A model generated the notes under the pieces. The model did not search any database. It was not told the DNA's origin and was given only the letters and a program-made list of their open reading frames with translations. Positions 8,925-18,645 of a DNA stretch of 64,000 nt are shown one piece after another (position 1 is the stretch's first letter; each line of letters starts with the position of its first letter). The stretch spans positions 324,334-388,333 of the forward strand of contig CAWFKW010000006.1 in the NCBI GenBank assembly GCA_963816535.1, in the 5' to 3' direction. Made by a program: the position numbers and the translations under genes. The stretch is from an uncultured Ignavibacteria bacterium (GTDB taxonomy: Bacteria > Bacteroidota > Ignavibacteria > Tepidaquicellales > OLB5).

Positions 8925-10300
8925 TTGAAAAGATATTTCTCAGAAAGCACTGTATTATTTGTCAGCGTGCTCAAGTGGGTTTTTTTATCCACGATTGTTG
9001 GTGTGATTGTCGGGTTGGCTACTACGGGCTTTTTGAAGCTCTTAAACATCAGCATTGCCGCGCTAAAGATTACCAATATTATTTTCTGCTGCTTCCGGCG
9101 GCTTTTTTTGTAAGCACTTTTATAATCCAATACCTTGCCCCCGATGCCGAAGGGCACGGCACTGAAAAAGTTATCGAAGCAGTGCACAAGAATTCGGGAA
9201 GAATAAAAGCTGCCGTAGTACCCGTTAAATTAGTTTCTACAATAATAACTCTTGCCGCGGGAGGCTCTGTAGGTAAAGAGGGGCCGTGTGCGCAGATAGG
9301 CGGCGGGCTCTCATCGTTGTTTGCCGACCTTTTAAGATTCGGCGATGAAGACCGGCGGAAACTTGTAATCTGCGGAATCAGCGCCGGGTTTGCGGCAGTG
9401 TTCGGCACGCCAATTGCCGGGGCGATCTTCGGGGTCGAAGTTCTATTTATCGGAAGTATCTTATATGAAGTGCTTCTCCCTTCCTTTATCGCCGGGATAA
9501 CAGCATACCAGATATCATCGTCGCTAGGATTAACTTATTTCCACCACACTATAAATTTTGTTCCCGTATTCAGCGAGGGTTTTTTCCTGAAGATCATGCT
9601 GGCAGGTTTGTTCTTTGGCGTGGTTTCCATAATATTCATTGAGACGCTCAAATATTTCGAAAAGCTTTCGGAAAAAATTAAAATATGGAAACCTCTTAAA
9701 GGCGTTATTGGCGGAGTTGTTTTAATAGGGCTCACGCTGATCTTTTCAAGTCAATATCTTGGGCTGGGCCTGGATTCAATTGAATCGAACTTAAAAGGCG
9801 GAAGTATTCCGTGGTACGCTTTTCTTGTAAAGATCCTTTTTACAAGTATTACATTGAGCTTCGGCGGAAGCGGCGGAATTGTTACGCCGATATTTTTTGC
9901 AGGAGCGGCATCGGGTTCTCTGTTTGCAGTCATTCTTGGGCTTGATCTTGCCACATTTTCCGGTATTGGGCTGGTTAGCGTCCTTGCTGGAGCGGCTAAT
10001 ACCCCGATTGCAGCGAGCATAATGGCTGTTGAATTATTCGGCCCCAAAATAGCGCCGTATGCTACTGTAGCTTGCGTTATCAGCTTTCTTATCACCGGCC
10101 ACAGAAGCGTTTACCCTTCGCAAATTCTTTCATTCAAGAAATCATCCTCCCTTAACGCGGATATAGGTATTGAAATAGAAGATGTTGAACCGCAGGAACA
10201 ACAGCAAATAGTCAACTTCAAGCGCCGAAGCCTTATAGCATTTGGAAAACTAAGAAGGCGAAAAAAAGCAAAGACTGAAAAAATGGATGATCCCGGCTGA
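8925..10300 (+). pseudogene. ClC-family chloride channel gene interrupted by an apparent 1-nt frameshift (or a sequencing error)
   Basis: Frame 3 (8925-~9080) encodes the first TM helix, KWVFLSTIVGVIVGLATTGFLKLL. Frame 2 from ~9080 encodes YFLLLPAAFFV..APDAEGHGTEKVIEA..GKEGPCAQIG..GIFGVEV..GIVTPIFF. Adding one T to the T4 run at 9082-9085 joins the two frames. Confidence 0.7.
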
Positions 10301-10386
10301 GGACGGATTCCCCTGGGACCAATACCGGTTGCTGATTGAAGGGGAGGATCCGAAATGGATTATACTCTTATTAACATGCGTTTTTG

Positions 10387-10415
10387 CCCGTTTCATTAAT
10401 AGAAACGGGTTTTTT
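10387..10415 (+). terminator. Rho-independent terminator
   Basis: CCCGTTTC-attaata-GAAACGGG followed by TTTTTT, downstream of the ClC gene. Confidence 0.75.
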
Positions 10416-10521
10416 GTTTACTAAACCTATATTATAACCCCAATTATTAGCTATTCTATTTCTCATAAAATTAGATTATTATTAGAGGTTATTTTTAAAC
10501 AAAGTACCGGAAGTCCGTCAT

Positions 10522-13500
10522 TTGGAAGCCACAAAAGTATTAGTAATTGAGGACGAGCAGTTTATCGCTGATGATATTTCGGCGGCTCTTGTCAGGCTTG
10601 GCTACGAAGTATGCGGCGTTTTTGATAACGGCCGCGAGGCGATAAGTTCTGTTGGCAGGTTGAAACCGGATATCGCGCTTGTTGACGTTACAATAAAAGG
10701 CGATTTGGACGGCTTGCAGACCGCAACAAAAATAAATGAGCTCATCGATATTCCAATCGTATATCTTACCGCAAATCAATCCAGCGAAGTAATTGAGAAA
10801 ATGAATGCAACGCACCCGTTCGGGCTGCTTCTTAAACCTGTAAATGATAAAGAGCTGAAAACACGCCTGACGCTTGCACTGTACCGCTTTGAAACTGATA
10901 AAAGACTGAGGGAAAGCGAAGAAAGATATTTCCGCCTTACCGAGAACGCAAGGGATATGATCTACAGGATGCAGCTTCCCCAGGGAAATTACGAATATGT
11001 AAATAACGCTTCCATTGAATTAACCGGGTACTCTCCCGAAGATTTTTATAAGAACAGGGAGCTCATATCAGAAATAATTCACCCGGACTGGAAGCATTAC
11101 TTCGAAGTCCAATGGGAAAAGCTGCTTGGCGGCGAAGCTGACAGTTATTATGAATTCCAGATTATTCATAAGTCAGGCGAGGTAAAATGGCTAAACCAGA
11201 GAAACGTAATTGTTTACGGGCCGGATGGCGAGCCTGCGGCTGTTGAAGGAATAGCGACCGATGTTACCGCCCAGAAAAGATCGGAAAGCTTTATAAGAAG
11301 GCAGAGCGAGGAGTACAGGTCCATATTCGACGCGTTTCCGGATATGGTTCTTCTGAAGGATACAAACAACAGGATAGTAAGAGCCAACAAATTATGCGCT
11401 TCATACTTTGGGCGCAGGGTTGAAGAGCTGGAAGGAAAGTACATTGATGAATTTTTCCCCGGCGATGCTGAAGCTTCTCTGAAACAGGACAGGGAAATTG
11501 TTCTTTCCGGTATGCCTATGCTCGGAATTATTGAAAGGTACGATAATCCTGTTAAAGGAGATGTTTGGTTAAAGTTTGACAAGTACCCATTCAGAAATGA
11601 TAAGGGAGAGATAACCGGCATAATAGTTATGGGGCAGGATATCACCAGGGAAAAAGAATATGAACGGCAGCTTCAGGAGGCGGAGGCACAAAGCGCCGCC
11701 CTGGTTAATACTATACCCGATCTTCTCTTCGAGTATGACAGGGAAGGCAGACATGTGAGCTATAAAGTGAAAGATGAAAAGGATCTTTTTGTCCCGCCTG
11801 AAATGTTTTTGGGAAAGACGGTTACTGATGCGCTGCCCGGAGAAGTTGGCAGAAACTTCTTTAATTTTATTAAGAAGGCGTTTGAAACCGGGGAGATCCA
11901 GGTTTATGAATACGAGCTTGTTATCGACGAGGATATCAGGGATTTTGAAGTTCGGTTCGTAAAGAGCGGCGATGACAAAGTCCTGGGAATTGTGAGAGAC
12001 GTAAGCGACAGGCTGAAAGCGGAGCGCGCGCTAAGGGAAAGCGAGGAAAAATACAAGAACCTCGTGCAAAACGCCCCGATCGCGCTCACACGGTACATCC
12101 CTGTTAAGAAAATGTACGAATTTGCAAACGAAGAGCTTGTAAAACAGGCGGGCTTTACGCTTGAAGAGCTTAACGCTATGGACGATGAAGAATTCTATTC
12201 GCAGATACATGATGAAGACCGGGTGCTGGTCCTTGCAGAATATGACAAATGGGGGCTTGAGGGATATAAGGGAATCAAGAAATTAACTTACAGAATAGTT
12301 AACAAACAGGGAAAGCTCCTCTGGCTTGATTCATATCATTACGCAGATTTTAATTCAGAAGGCAAACTGCATGCAATTAACCAGATATACATAGATATCT
12401 CAGAACGGAAAAAGGCCGAAGAAGCGCTCTCAAAAAGCGAGGTGCAATACAAAAACCTTGCCCGCAACGCCCCGGTTGCCGTCACAAGGCTTGTTCTTAA
12501 AGACCGGAAGTATGATTTTGTCAATGATGAATTTGTGAGACAGTGCGGATACACTATGGATGAGATAAATAATATGAGAATGGCTGATTTTGCCGACATG
12601 GTTTACGAAGAGGACAGGCGGAAGATATCCGAAGAATATAACGAGTGGAGAGATGCAGGATGCAGCGGCGTAAAATTCATGGAATACAGGGTTATCAAGA
12701 AAAACGGCGACATTCTCTGGCTGAACACTTATGTCTACGGCGAGTTTTCTGAGAATGGCGAGCCGGAAACTATAAACCAGATATGCATAGACGTTACGGA
12801 CAGGAAAGAAGCCGATGAGGCAATAAAACAAAGCGAGGAAAAGTTCAGGGCGGTCTCTGAATCGATGCGCGCGCAGATTGTAATCTTCCAGGACGAAAGA
12901 TTTGTCTATGTGAACCCTTATTCGGAAGAACTTACCGGATATTCTACAGAAGAGCTGCTGAAGATGAATTTTTGGGGACTGATGCATCCTGAAGATAAGG
13001 ATATCGCAATGCAAAGGGGGCTGGCAAGGCAGAAGGGCGAGAATGCGCCGAGCGAATACGAAATGAAGATCATAACCAAGAGCGGCGCCGTGAAGTGGCT
13101 TTATTATTCAGCGGTAATGATAAAGTATATCGGCAGGCCGGCGGTGCTTGGTATAGCGTTTGATATATCTGACAGGAAAAAGTATGAAGAAGCCCTTAAA
13201 AAAAGCGAAGAGCGGTACCGCGCATTTATCGACCAGAGTTTCGAAGGAATCTACAGGATAGAACTTCTTAGCCCAATTTCAACTGACCTGCCTGTAGAAG
13301 AGCAGCTGAACCTGATGTACAGGTATAGCTATATAGCCGAATGCAACGAGGTATTTTCGGAGATGATGGGTTTTCGCGATACCGCCGAAATTGCCGGCAA
13401 AAGGATCAGCGAAATTGCGGATACTTCGGGCTGGGACTACTTCAGTAACATGAAGTCTTTTGTGGCAGGCGGGTACAGAGAGCTGAATGAGGAATCCCAT

Positions 13501-14277
13501 GAACGCAGAAAAGACGGCGGCGATGGTTATTACTTAAACAATTCAGTTGGGATAATCGAAGACGGGATGCTGCACAGGATTTGGGGCACAAGGCAGGATA
13601 TTACAGAAAAAAAGATGGCGGAGGACCTGTTGAAAAAATCTTTGCACGAGAAAGATATTCTTCTGAAAGAAATTCATCACCGCGTTAAAAATAACCTGCA
13701 GATAGTCTCAAGCCTATTAAAGCTCCAATCGCAGTACGTAAAAGATAAAAAGACGCTCGAGCTTTTCCAGGAAAGCCAGAACCGCGTCCATTCAATGTCG
13801 ATTATTCATCAGAAGCTTTATCAGTCCCGCGACCTCAGCAACATAAATTTCGGCGAATATATAGGTATGCTTGTATCGCACCTGATGCAAACATTCGGTC
13901 TGAACCCGTACGATTTCAAAATAAAAATTGATACTGAAAGCCTGGTAATGTCTCTTGATAATGCAATCCCGGCGGGCCTGATCATAAATGAGCTGGTAAC
14001 AAATTCACTGAAGCACGCATTTGAGGGCGATAGCGGCGGCGGGTCGATAGAAATAAAGGTCAGTTATGAAGAGAAAATCAACTCATATAAGATAGTTGTT
14101 AAAGATAACGGGAAAGGTATGTCTCCCGGTTTTGACATTGCAAACTCATCTTCGTTCGGCCTTAAGCTTGTATCTATGCTTACAAACCAGATGAACGGCA
14201 GCGTAAGCCATATAAGCGAAAAAGGCGCGGAATTCACAGTTATTCTAAAAAGCGCCGAATATAAGGAACGCTCCTGA
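10522..14277 (+). CDS. Hybrid sensor: REC + multiple PAS + HisKA_2 histidine kinase
   Basis: TTG start. N-terminal receiver (VLVIEDE..ALVDVTIKGDLDG..LLKP). About 7 PAS-like blocks are separated by D(I/V)(T/S)(D/E)RK..E linkers. H-box is HHRVKNNLQIVSSLLKLQ. ATPase boxes are NELVTNSLKHAF and DNGKGM. Confidence 0.85.
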   Translation: MEATKVLVIEDEQFIADDISAALVRLGYEVCGVFDNGREAISSVGRLKPDIALVDVTIKGDLDGLQTATKINELIDIPIVYLTANQSSEVIEKMNATHPFGLLLKPVNDKELKTRLTLALYRFETDKRLRESEERYFRLTENARDMIYRMQLPQGNYEYVNNASIELTGYSPEDFYKNRELISEIIHPDWKHYFEVQWEKLLGGEADSYYEFQIIHKSGEVKWLNQRNVIVYGPDGEPAAVEGIATDVTAQKRSESFIRRQSEEYRSIFDAFPDMVLLKDTNNRIVRANKLCASYFGRRVEELEGKYIDEFFPGDAEASLKQDREIVLSGMPMLGIIERYDNPVKGDVWLKFDKYPFRNDKGEITGIIVMGQDITREKEYERQLQEAEAQSAALVNTIPDLLFEYDREGRHVSYKVKDEKDLFVPPEMFLGKTVTDALPGEVGRNFFNFIKKAFETGEIQVYEYELVIDEDIRDFEVRFVKSGDDKVLGIVRDVSDRLKAERALRESEEKYKNLVQNAPIALTRYIPVKKMYEFANEELVKQAGFTLEELNAMDDEEFYSQIHDEDRVLVLAEYDKWGLEGYKGIKKLTYRIVNKQGKLLWLDSYHYADFNSEGKLHAINQIYIDISERKKAEEALSKSEVQYKNLARNAPVAVTRLVLKDRKYDFVNDEFVRQCGYTMDEINNMRMADFADMVYEEDRRKISEEYNEWRDAGCSGVKFMEYRVIKKNGDILWLNTYVYGEFSENGEPETINQICIDVTDRKEADEAIKQSEEKFRAVSESMRAQIVIFQDERFVYVNPYSEELTGYSTEELLKMNFWGLMHPEDKDIAMQRGLARQKGENAPSEYEMKIITKSGAVKWLYYSAVMIKYIGRPAVLGIAFDISDRKKYEEALKKSEERYRAFIDQSFEGIYRIELLSPISTDLPVEEQLNLMYRYSYIAECNEVFSEMMGFRDTAEIAGKRISEIADTSGWDYFSNMKSFVAGGYRELNEESHERRKDGGDGYYLNNSVGIIEDGMLHRIWGTRQDITEKKMAEDLLKKSLHEKDILLKEIHHRVKNNLQIVSSLLKLQSQYVKDKKTLELFQESQNRVHSMSIIHQKLYQSRDLSNINFGEYIGMLVSHLMQTFGLNPYDFKIKIDTESLVMSLDNAIPAGLIINELVTNSLKHAFEGDSGGGSIEIKVSYEEKINSYKIVVKDNGKGMSPGFDIANSSSFGLKLVSMLTNQMNGSVSHISEKGAEFTVILKSAEYKERS

Positions 14278-14393
14278 ATCCTTATTATGTATTGACAAAG
14301 CGACGTAAATACGTTATTTTTTAGCGGCTTTAAATAATTGTGCATTAACCGTCCTCATATGCCTGATTATGAATAATCTAAGAGAGATCTTCA

Positions 14394-17246
14394 ATGACTG
14401 ACCTTAACCGGAAACCTATAAATCCTGCCGGAATGTCTGCTACTGCAAGAATTACTTTAATATATTTTATTATAGGCGCGCTTTGGATATTCTCTTCCGA
14501 CTATATCCTCTCTTTGCTTGTTTCAAACGTTGAGACAATTAAATGGATCTCTATATATAAAGGCTGGTTATTCGTATTAGTTACCGGCATTTTGCTTTTT
14601 TTGCTTATGAAAAGAGCTGAATCGGCGCGTGATGAGCTTCAGGCAGAGCTGGTAAAGAGCGAGCGCAAGTACAGGTCAATAGTCGAGACTTTCAATGAAG
14701 TGGTATGGACGTTCGATGAAGAAGGGAAGATAACGTTTATAAATGGCGCCTGCAGAAGGCACTTTGGATACGGGCCGGAAGAAATGACCGGGAAGATCTT
14801 TTTGCAGTACGTAGCTCCGGAATGCAAACAGAGGGATATGGAATATTTTGCAGGCGCTGTTTCAGGCGGTCGCGATATAGTTGATTACGAAACAAAAATA
14901 ATTGATAACCTTGGAAATGTAAAAAACGTTATTGTTAACGCAGTGATCGCAAAAGACGCTGCAGGCAAAAAGACAGCTATATACGGGACAATATTTGACG
15001 TTACCGAACAAAAGCGATATGAAGAGGCGCTTGTTGCGAGCGAAGAGAAATACAGAAAACTGGTTGAATCATCTCACGGCCTTGTATGGACGTTCGATAA
15101 GAATTTTAATATAACATTTGTTAACCAGCCTTCAAATGAGATCCTGGGATATAAACCCGATGAACTTATAGGCAAGAACATTTATTCGATTTCCGACCCT
15201 GTTTATGCGCACAGGAACATGGCGATAATCACGCAGGTAATAAAGCTCAGGAAGTCAAAGGCTCAATTTGAATCTGCGCTGAAAGCAAAAGACGGCAGGC
15301 AGGTGTTTTTCCTGGTGAATTTATTGCTGGAGTATGACAGCGGAGGGAATTTCACAGGCTCTATCAGCAAATCTCTCGACATAACCGAAAGAAAGAAAAT
15401 TGAAGAGCAGGTAAGGATAAGCGAAGAAAAATACAGAAACATTGTTGAAACTGCTAACGAGGGCGTATGGATCACCGACAAAGAGAACAAGACCACTTTT
15501 GTAAACAGGGCGCTGGCAAAGATGCTGGGATACGAAGTGCGCGAAATGCTCGGAAGGCTCATTTACGAGTTTATAGATACGAGCGGCGCATCTGAAACCG
15601 GAACCGGCATTCTTATGGATAACCGCAGCAATGCTTCTATTTACGAGCTGAAGTTCCTGAAAAAAAACGGCGAAACGCTGTGGATATTGCTGAATACGAC
15701 CCCGATCTTCGATAAGGATGAGAATTTTGACGGCACGCTTGCAATGCTGACCGATATTAACGGGCGTAAGCTGGCCCTGGATGCGCTGGCTGCAAGCGAA
15801 AACAGGTACAGGACAGTTTTAGATACGTCTCCTTCGTCAATCAGAATAATCGACCTGAACGGGAAGATCCTGTATGGGAACAGGCGCACGGCGGTATTGC
15901 ATGGATATAACGATATTTCTGAGATGATCGGGATGAGCGTTTTCGAACTAATGAAAGGAGAAAACGAGGTAATTTCAAGGAATTCGCTTCAGGCGGTTAA
16001 GGATAAAGGCTTTGCCAGCGGTGAAATTTATTTTGCGAGAAAAGACGGTTCCGAATTCCCCGCGGAGTTCTATTCATCTATGCTGAATGATGAGTCGGAC
16101 AGGCCGATTGGGTTTATTTCCATTATTAACGACATAAGCGAGAAAAAGAAAGCGCAGCAGGAAGTTCTGGAAAGCAGGGAAAGACTCAGCTCCATCTTGA
16201 ATACAGCTATGGATGCGATTGTAACAACCGATGAAAGCAGAAAAATTGTTTTGTTCAATAAATCCGCTGAAAAACTTTTTAAATGCAGCGAATCAGCTGC
16301 GCTGGGCAGCGACGTTAATAAGTTCATACCGGAGAGGTTTCAGAAAATTCATAACAGGCACGTTGAAAAATTTTCACAGACTGCGGAAACATTCAGTTCC
16401 ATGCTCTCCGGAAGTTCTCCGGTTGCGATCACGCTTGACGGAGAAGAAATCCCGGTGGAGACTTCTGTTTCAAAAACAGAGATAGGCGGCATGAAATTTT
16501 ATACTGTGATCCTTCGGGACATTACAGAGAGGATCAGGTATGAGACCGACCTTAAAGATTCGAATTCAAAGCTTCACCACCTGGCTTCTCATCTTCAAAA
16601 CATAAGGGAAGAAGAGCGAATGCTGATATCAAGAGATATTCATGACCAGGTTGGGCAGGAGTTAACCGCGCTGAAGATGGACATGGTCATGCTCTCTAAG
16701 GAGCTTGAAAGAAACGGCGCTCCCTCTGACGGGAAGAAAGTTATTGAAGAATTGCGCTCAATGGCCGATCTTACTGATAAGAGCATCAAGTGGATAAGAA
16801 ACCTCTCAACTGAACTTAGGCCGGATGTGCTTGACAGGCTGGGTCTTTTTGAAGCAGTCGAATGGCATTGCAAAGAATTCGAAAAACGTTCAGGCATCGG
16901 GTGCAAGGTAAGATTAAACGGCAACGATTCGGACCTTTCAAAAGAACATTCAGTTGTTTTTTTCAGGATACTGCAGGAATCGCTTACAAATGTGCTTCGG
17001 CATTCCGGCGCTTCCGGCGTTGAAGTAAATATGACCGAATCCGGAGATGACTTTACGCTTATGGTAAAAGACAACGGGAAGGGAATTACTGAAGAGAGGT
17101 TGGAAGGGACTGCATCGCTTGGGCTGATAGGGATGAAAGAAAGGGCATATATGCTGGGCGGCGCGGTGGAAGTTTGCGGCAATGAAGGGAAAGGCGCAAT
17201 TATTAAGGCTGTCATTCCCAAAATAAATAAATCGTATCATGAATGA
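14394..17246 (+). CDS. Membrane-anchored multi-PAS histidine kinase (HisKA_3/NarX type)
   Basis: Two N-terminal TM helices and at least 5 PAS blocks. H-box is DIHDQVGQELTALK. HATPase boxes are QESLTNVLRHSGA, DNGKGI and GLIGMKERA. Its 3' end overlaps the response-regulator gene by 8 nt. Confidence 0.85.
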   Translation: MTDLNRKPINPAGMSATARITLIYFIIGALWIFSSDYILSLLVSNVETIKWISIYKGWLFVLVTGILLFLLMKRAESARDELQAELVKSERKYRSIVETFNEVVWTFDEEGKITFINGACRRHFGYGPEEMTGKIFLQYVAPECKQRDMEYFAGAVSGGRDIVDYETKIIDNLGNVKNVIVNAVIAKDAAGKKTAIYGTIFDVTEQKRYEEALVASEEKYRKLVESSHGLVWTFDKNFNITFVNQPSNEILGYKPDELIGKNIYSISDPVYAHRNMAIITQVIKLRKSKAQFESALKAKDGRQVFFLVNLLLEYDSGGNFTGSISKSLDITERKKIEEQVRISEEKYRNIVETANEGVWITDKENKTTFVNRALAKMLGYEVREMLGRLIYEFIDTSGASETGTGILMDNRSNASIYELKFLKKNGETLWILLNTTPIFDKDENFDGTLAMLTDINGRKLALDALAASENRYRTVLDTSPSSIRIIDLNGKILYGNRRTAVLHGYNDISEMIGMSVFELMKGENEVISRNSLQAVKDKGFASGEIYFARKDGSEFPAEFYSSMLNDESDRPIGFISIINDISEKKKAQQEVLESRERLSSILNTAMDAIVTTDESRKIVLFNKSAEKLFKCSESAALGSDVNKFIPERFQKIHNRHVEKFSQTAETFSSMLSGSSPVAITLDGEEIPVETSVSKTEIGGMKFYTVILRDITERIRYETDLKDSNSKLHHLASHLQNIREEERMLISRDIHDQVGQELTALKMDMVMLSKELERNGAPSDGKKVIEELRSMADLTDKSIKWIRNLSTELRPDVLDRLGLFEAVEWHCKEFEKRSGIGCKVRLNGNDSDLSKEHSVVFFRILQESLTNVLRHSGASGVEVNMTESGDDFTLMVKDNGKGITEERLEGTASLGLIGMKERAYMLGGAVEVCGNEGKGAIIKAVIPKINKSYHE

Positions 17247-17880
17247 AGGAATCATAAATATAATTGTAGCTGACGACCATGCGCTAATGAGGGCCGGCCT
17301 GAAGAGAATTATCAAAGATGAAACCGACATGAGGGTGTCTGCGGAAGCTAAAAGCGGGGACGAGCTGCAGGAGCTGCTGAAGAGCCACGGCGCAGAGTTC
17401 ATAATTCTCGATCTCACTATGCCCGGCGGCGGAATCGAGCTTATTAAGTTCATTAAGAAAAACTACCGCGATATAAAGATACTTGTACTCAGCATGCACC
17501 CGGAAGAAAGATTTGCTGTGAGGGCATTCAAAGCGGGAGCATCAGGGTATATGACAAAAGAAAGCGCCCCCGACCTGCTTGTTTCCGCAATCAGGCGAAT
17601 AGTGGCGGGAGGTAAATATGTCAGCGGAAGCCTTGCCGAACAGCTGGCCGAAGGCGCTAACGAAGATAAAACGCAGCTGCCTCATACGTCTCTTTCCGAC
17701 AGGGAGTTCCAGATATTCATAATGATTGCCTCGGGAAAAAAGGTGAGCGAAATAGCCAAAGACCTGTCTCTCAGCATTCACACCGTTAACACTTACCGCT
17801 CACGAATTCTTGAAAAAATGAACATTAAATCGAATGTTCAGATGACGCACTATGCTATGGAGAACGGCCTAATAGAGTGA
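17239..17880 (+). CDS. NarL/FixJ-family response regulator (REC + LuxR HTH)
   Basis: IIVADDH..ILDLTMPGG..LVLSMH..KAGASGY receiver, followed by LSDREFQIFIMIASGKKVSEIAKDLSLSIHTVNTYRSRILEKM. Confidence 0.9.
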   Translation: MNEGIINIIVADDHALMRAGLKRIIKDETDMRVSAEAKSGDELQELLKSHGAEFIILDLTMPGGGIELIKFIKKNYRDIKILVLSMHPEERFAVRAFKAGASGYMTKESAPDLLVSAIRRIVAGGKYVSGSLAEQLAEGANEDKTQLPHTSLSDREFQIFIMIASGKKVSEIAKDLSLSIHTVNTYRSRILEKMNIKSNVQMTHYAMENGLIE

Positions 17881-17970
17881 TTTACATTCCCTTAGAATGT
17901 AGTATTTAGTGTTACAATTCTTTCAAACTTTCGCTTATACCCCCTGCGTTATTAACCGGTTATTTTTGCA

Positions 17971-18393
17971 GTGAGATATGAAATTAATTGTATGATACTT
18001 GTCAAAATTTACATAGTGGAAGATTCGGAACTGATCAGGCAAAGAATTGACAGGTTAATTTCCTTTGTTGATGAAGTTGAAATCGCCGGGTACTCCGATA
18101 ACGTGGATGAGGCGATCGACGATATAAAGCGGTTAAAACCCGAGGTAGTGATACTTGACATTTCAGTCGAAAAAGTGAAAGGCCTTAAAATGATATATAA
18201 TATTAAACAGATCGATCCTCCGCCAACAGTTATCATGTTTACAAATTATGATTTTGAAAGCTACAGGGAAAAATCATTTGAGAACGGCGCCGACTATTAC
18301 CTTGACAAGTCTCATGACTTCGAAAAAGTAACCTTGATACTTGAAAAAGTGAAGATGGGTCATAAGTCGATTGACCTCATTGAGAGTCTTTAA
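17971..18393 (+). CDS. Stand-alone receiver (CheY-like) domain protein
   Basis: IYIVEDSE..VVILDISV..IMFTNY..YYLDKS pattern of a REC domain with no output domain. The real start may be the internal M at about 17992. Confidence 0.7.
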   Translation: MRYEINCMILVKIYIVEDSELIRQRIDRLISFVDEVEIAGYSDNVDEAIDDIKRLKPEVVILDISVEKVKGLKMIYNIKQIDPPPTVIMFTNYDFESYREKSFENGADYYLDKSHDFEKVTLILEKVKMGHKSIDLIESL

Positions 18394-18645
18394 CGGCGAC
18401 TAAGCAAAGTTTTAAAGTCAACCTTTTTTCTAAAAAATACGGGATCGGCTGGGGAAGCAACGCAAAGAGATTCCGTAAATTAACTTGGGAGCCTTGTAAT
18501 TGAAAAAGCCCTTACAAAGTTTTAATATTAACAATTTGGGCCCCGTCGGTTTTTACTTCGCCGGGGCTCGTTAATCGGGAAAATAAATCAAACCGGGTAA
18601 CTCTTAAAGTTAGCCTTTGGAAATTGCAGAAAGAGTATTGTAACT

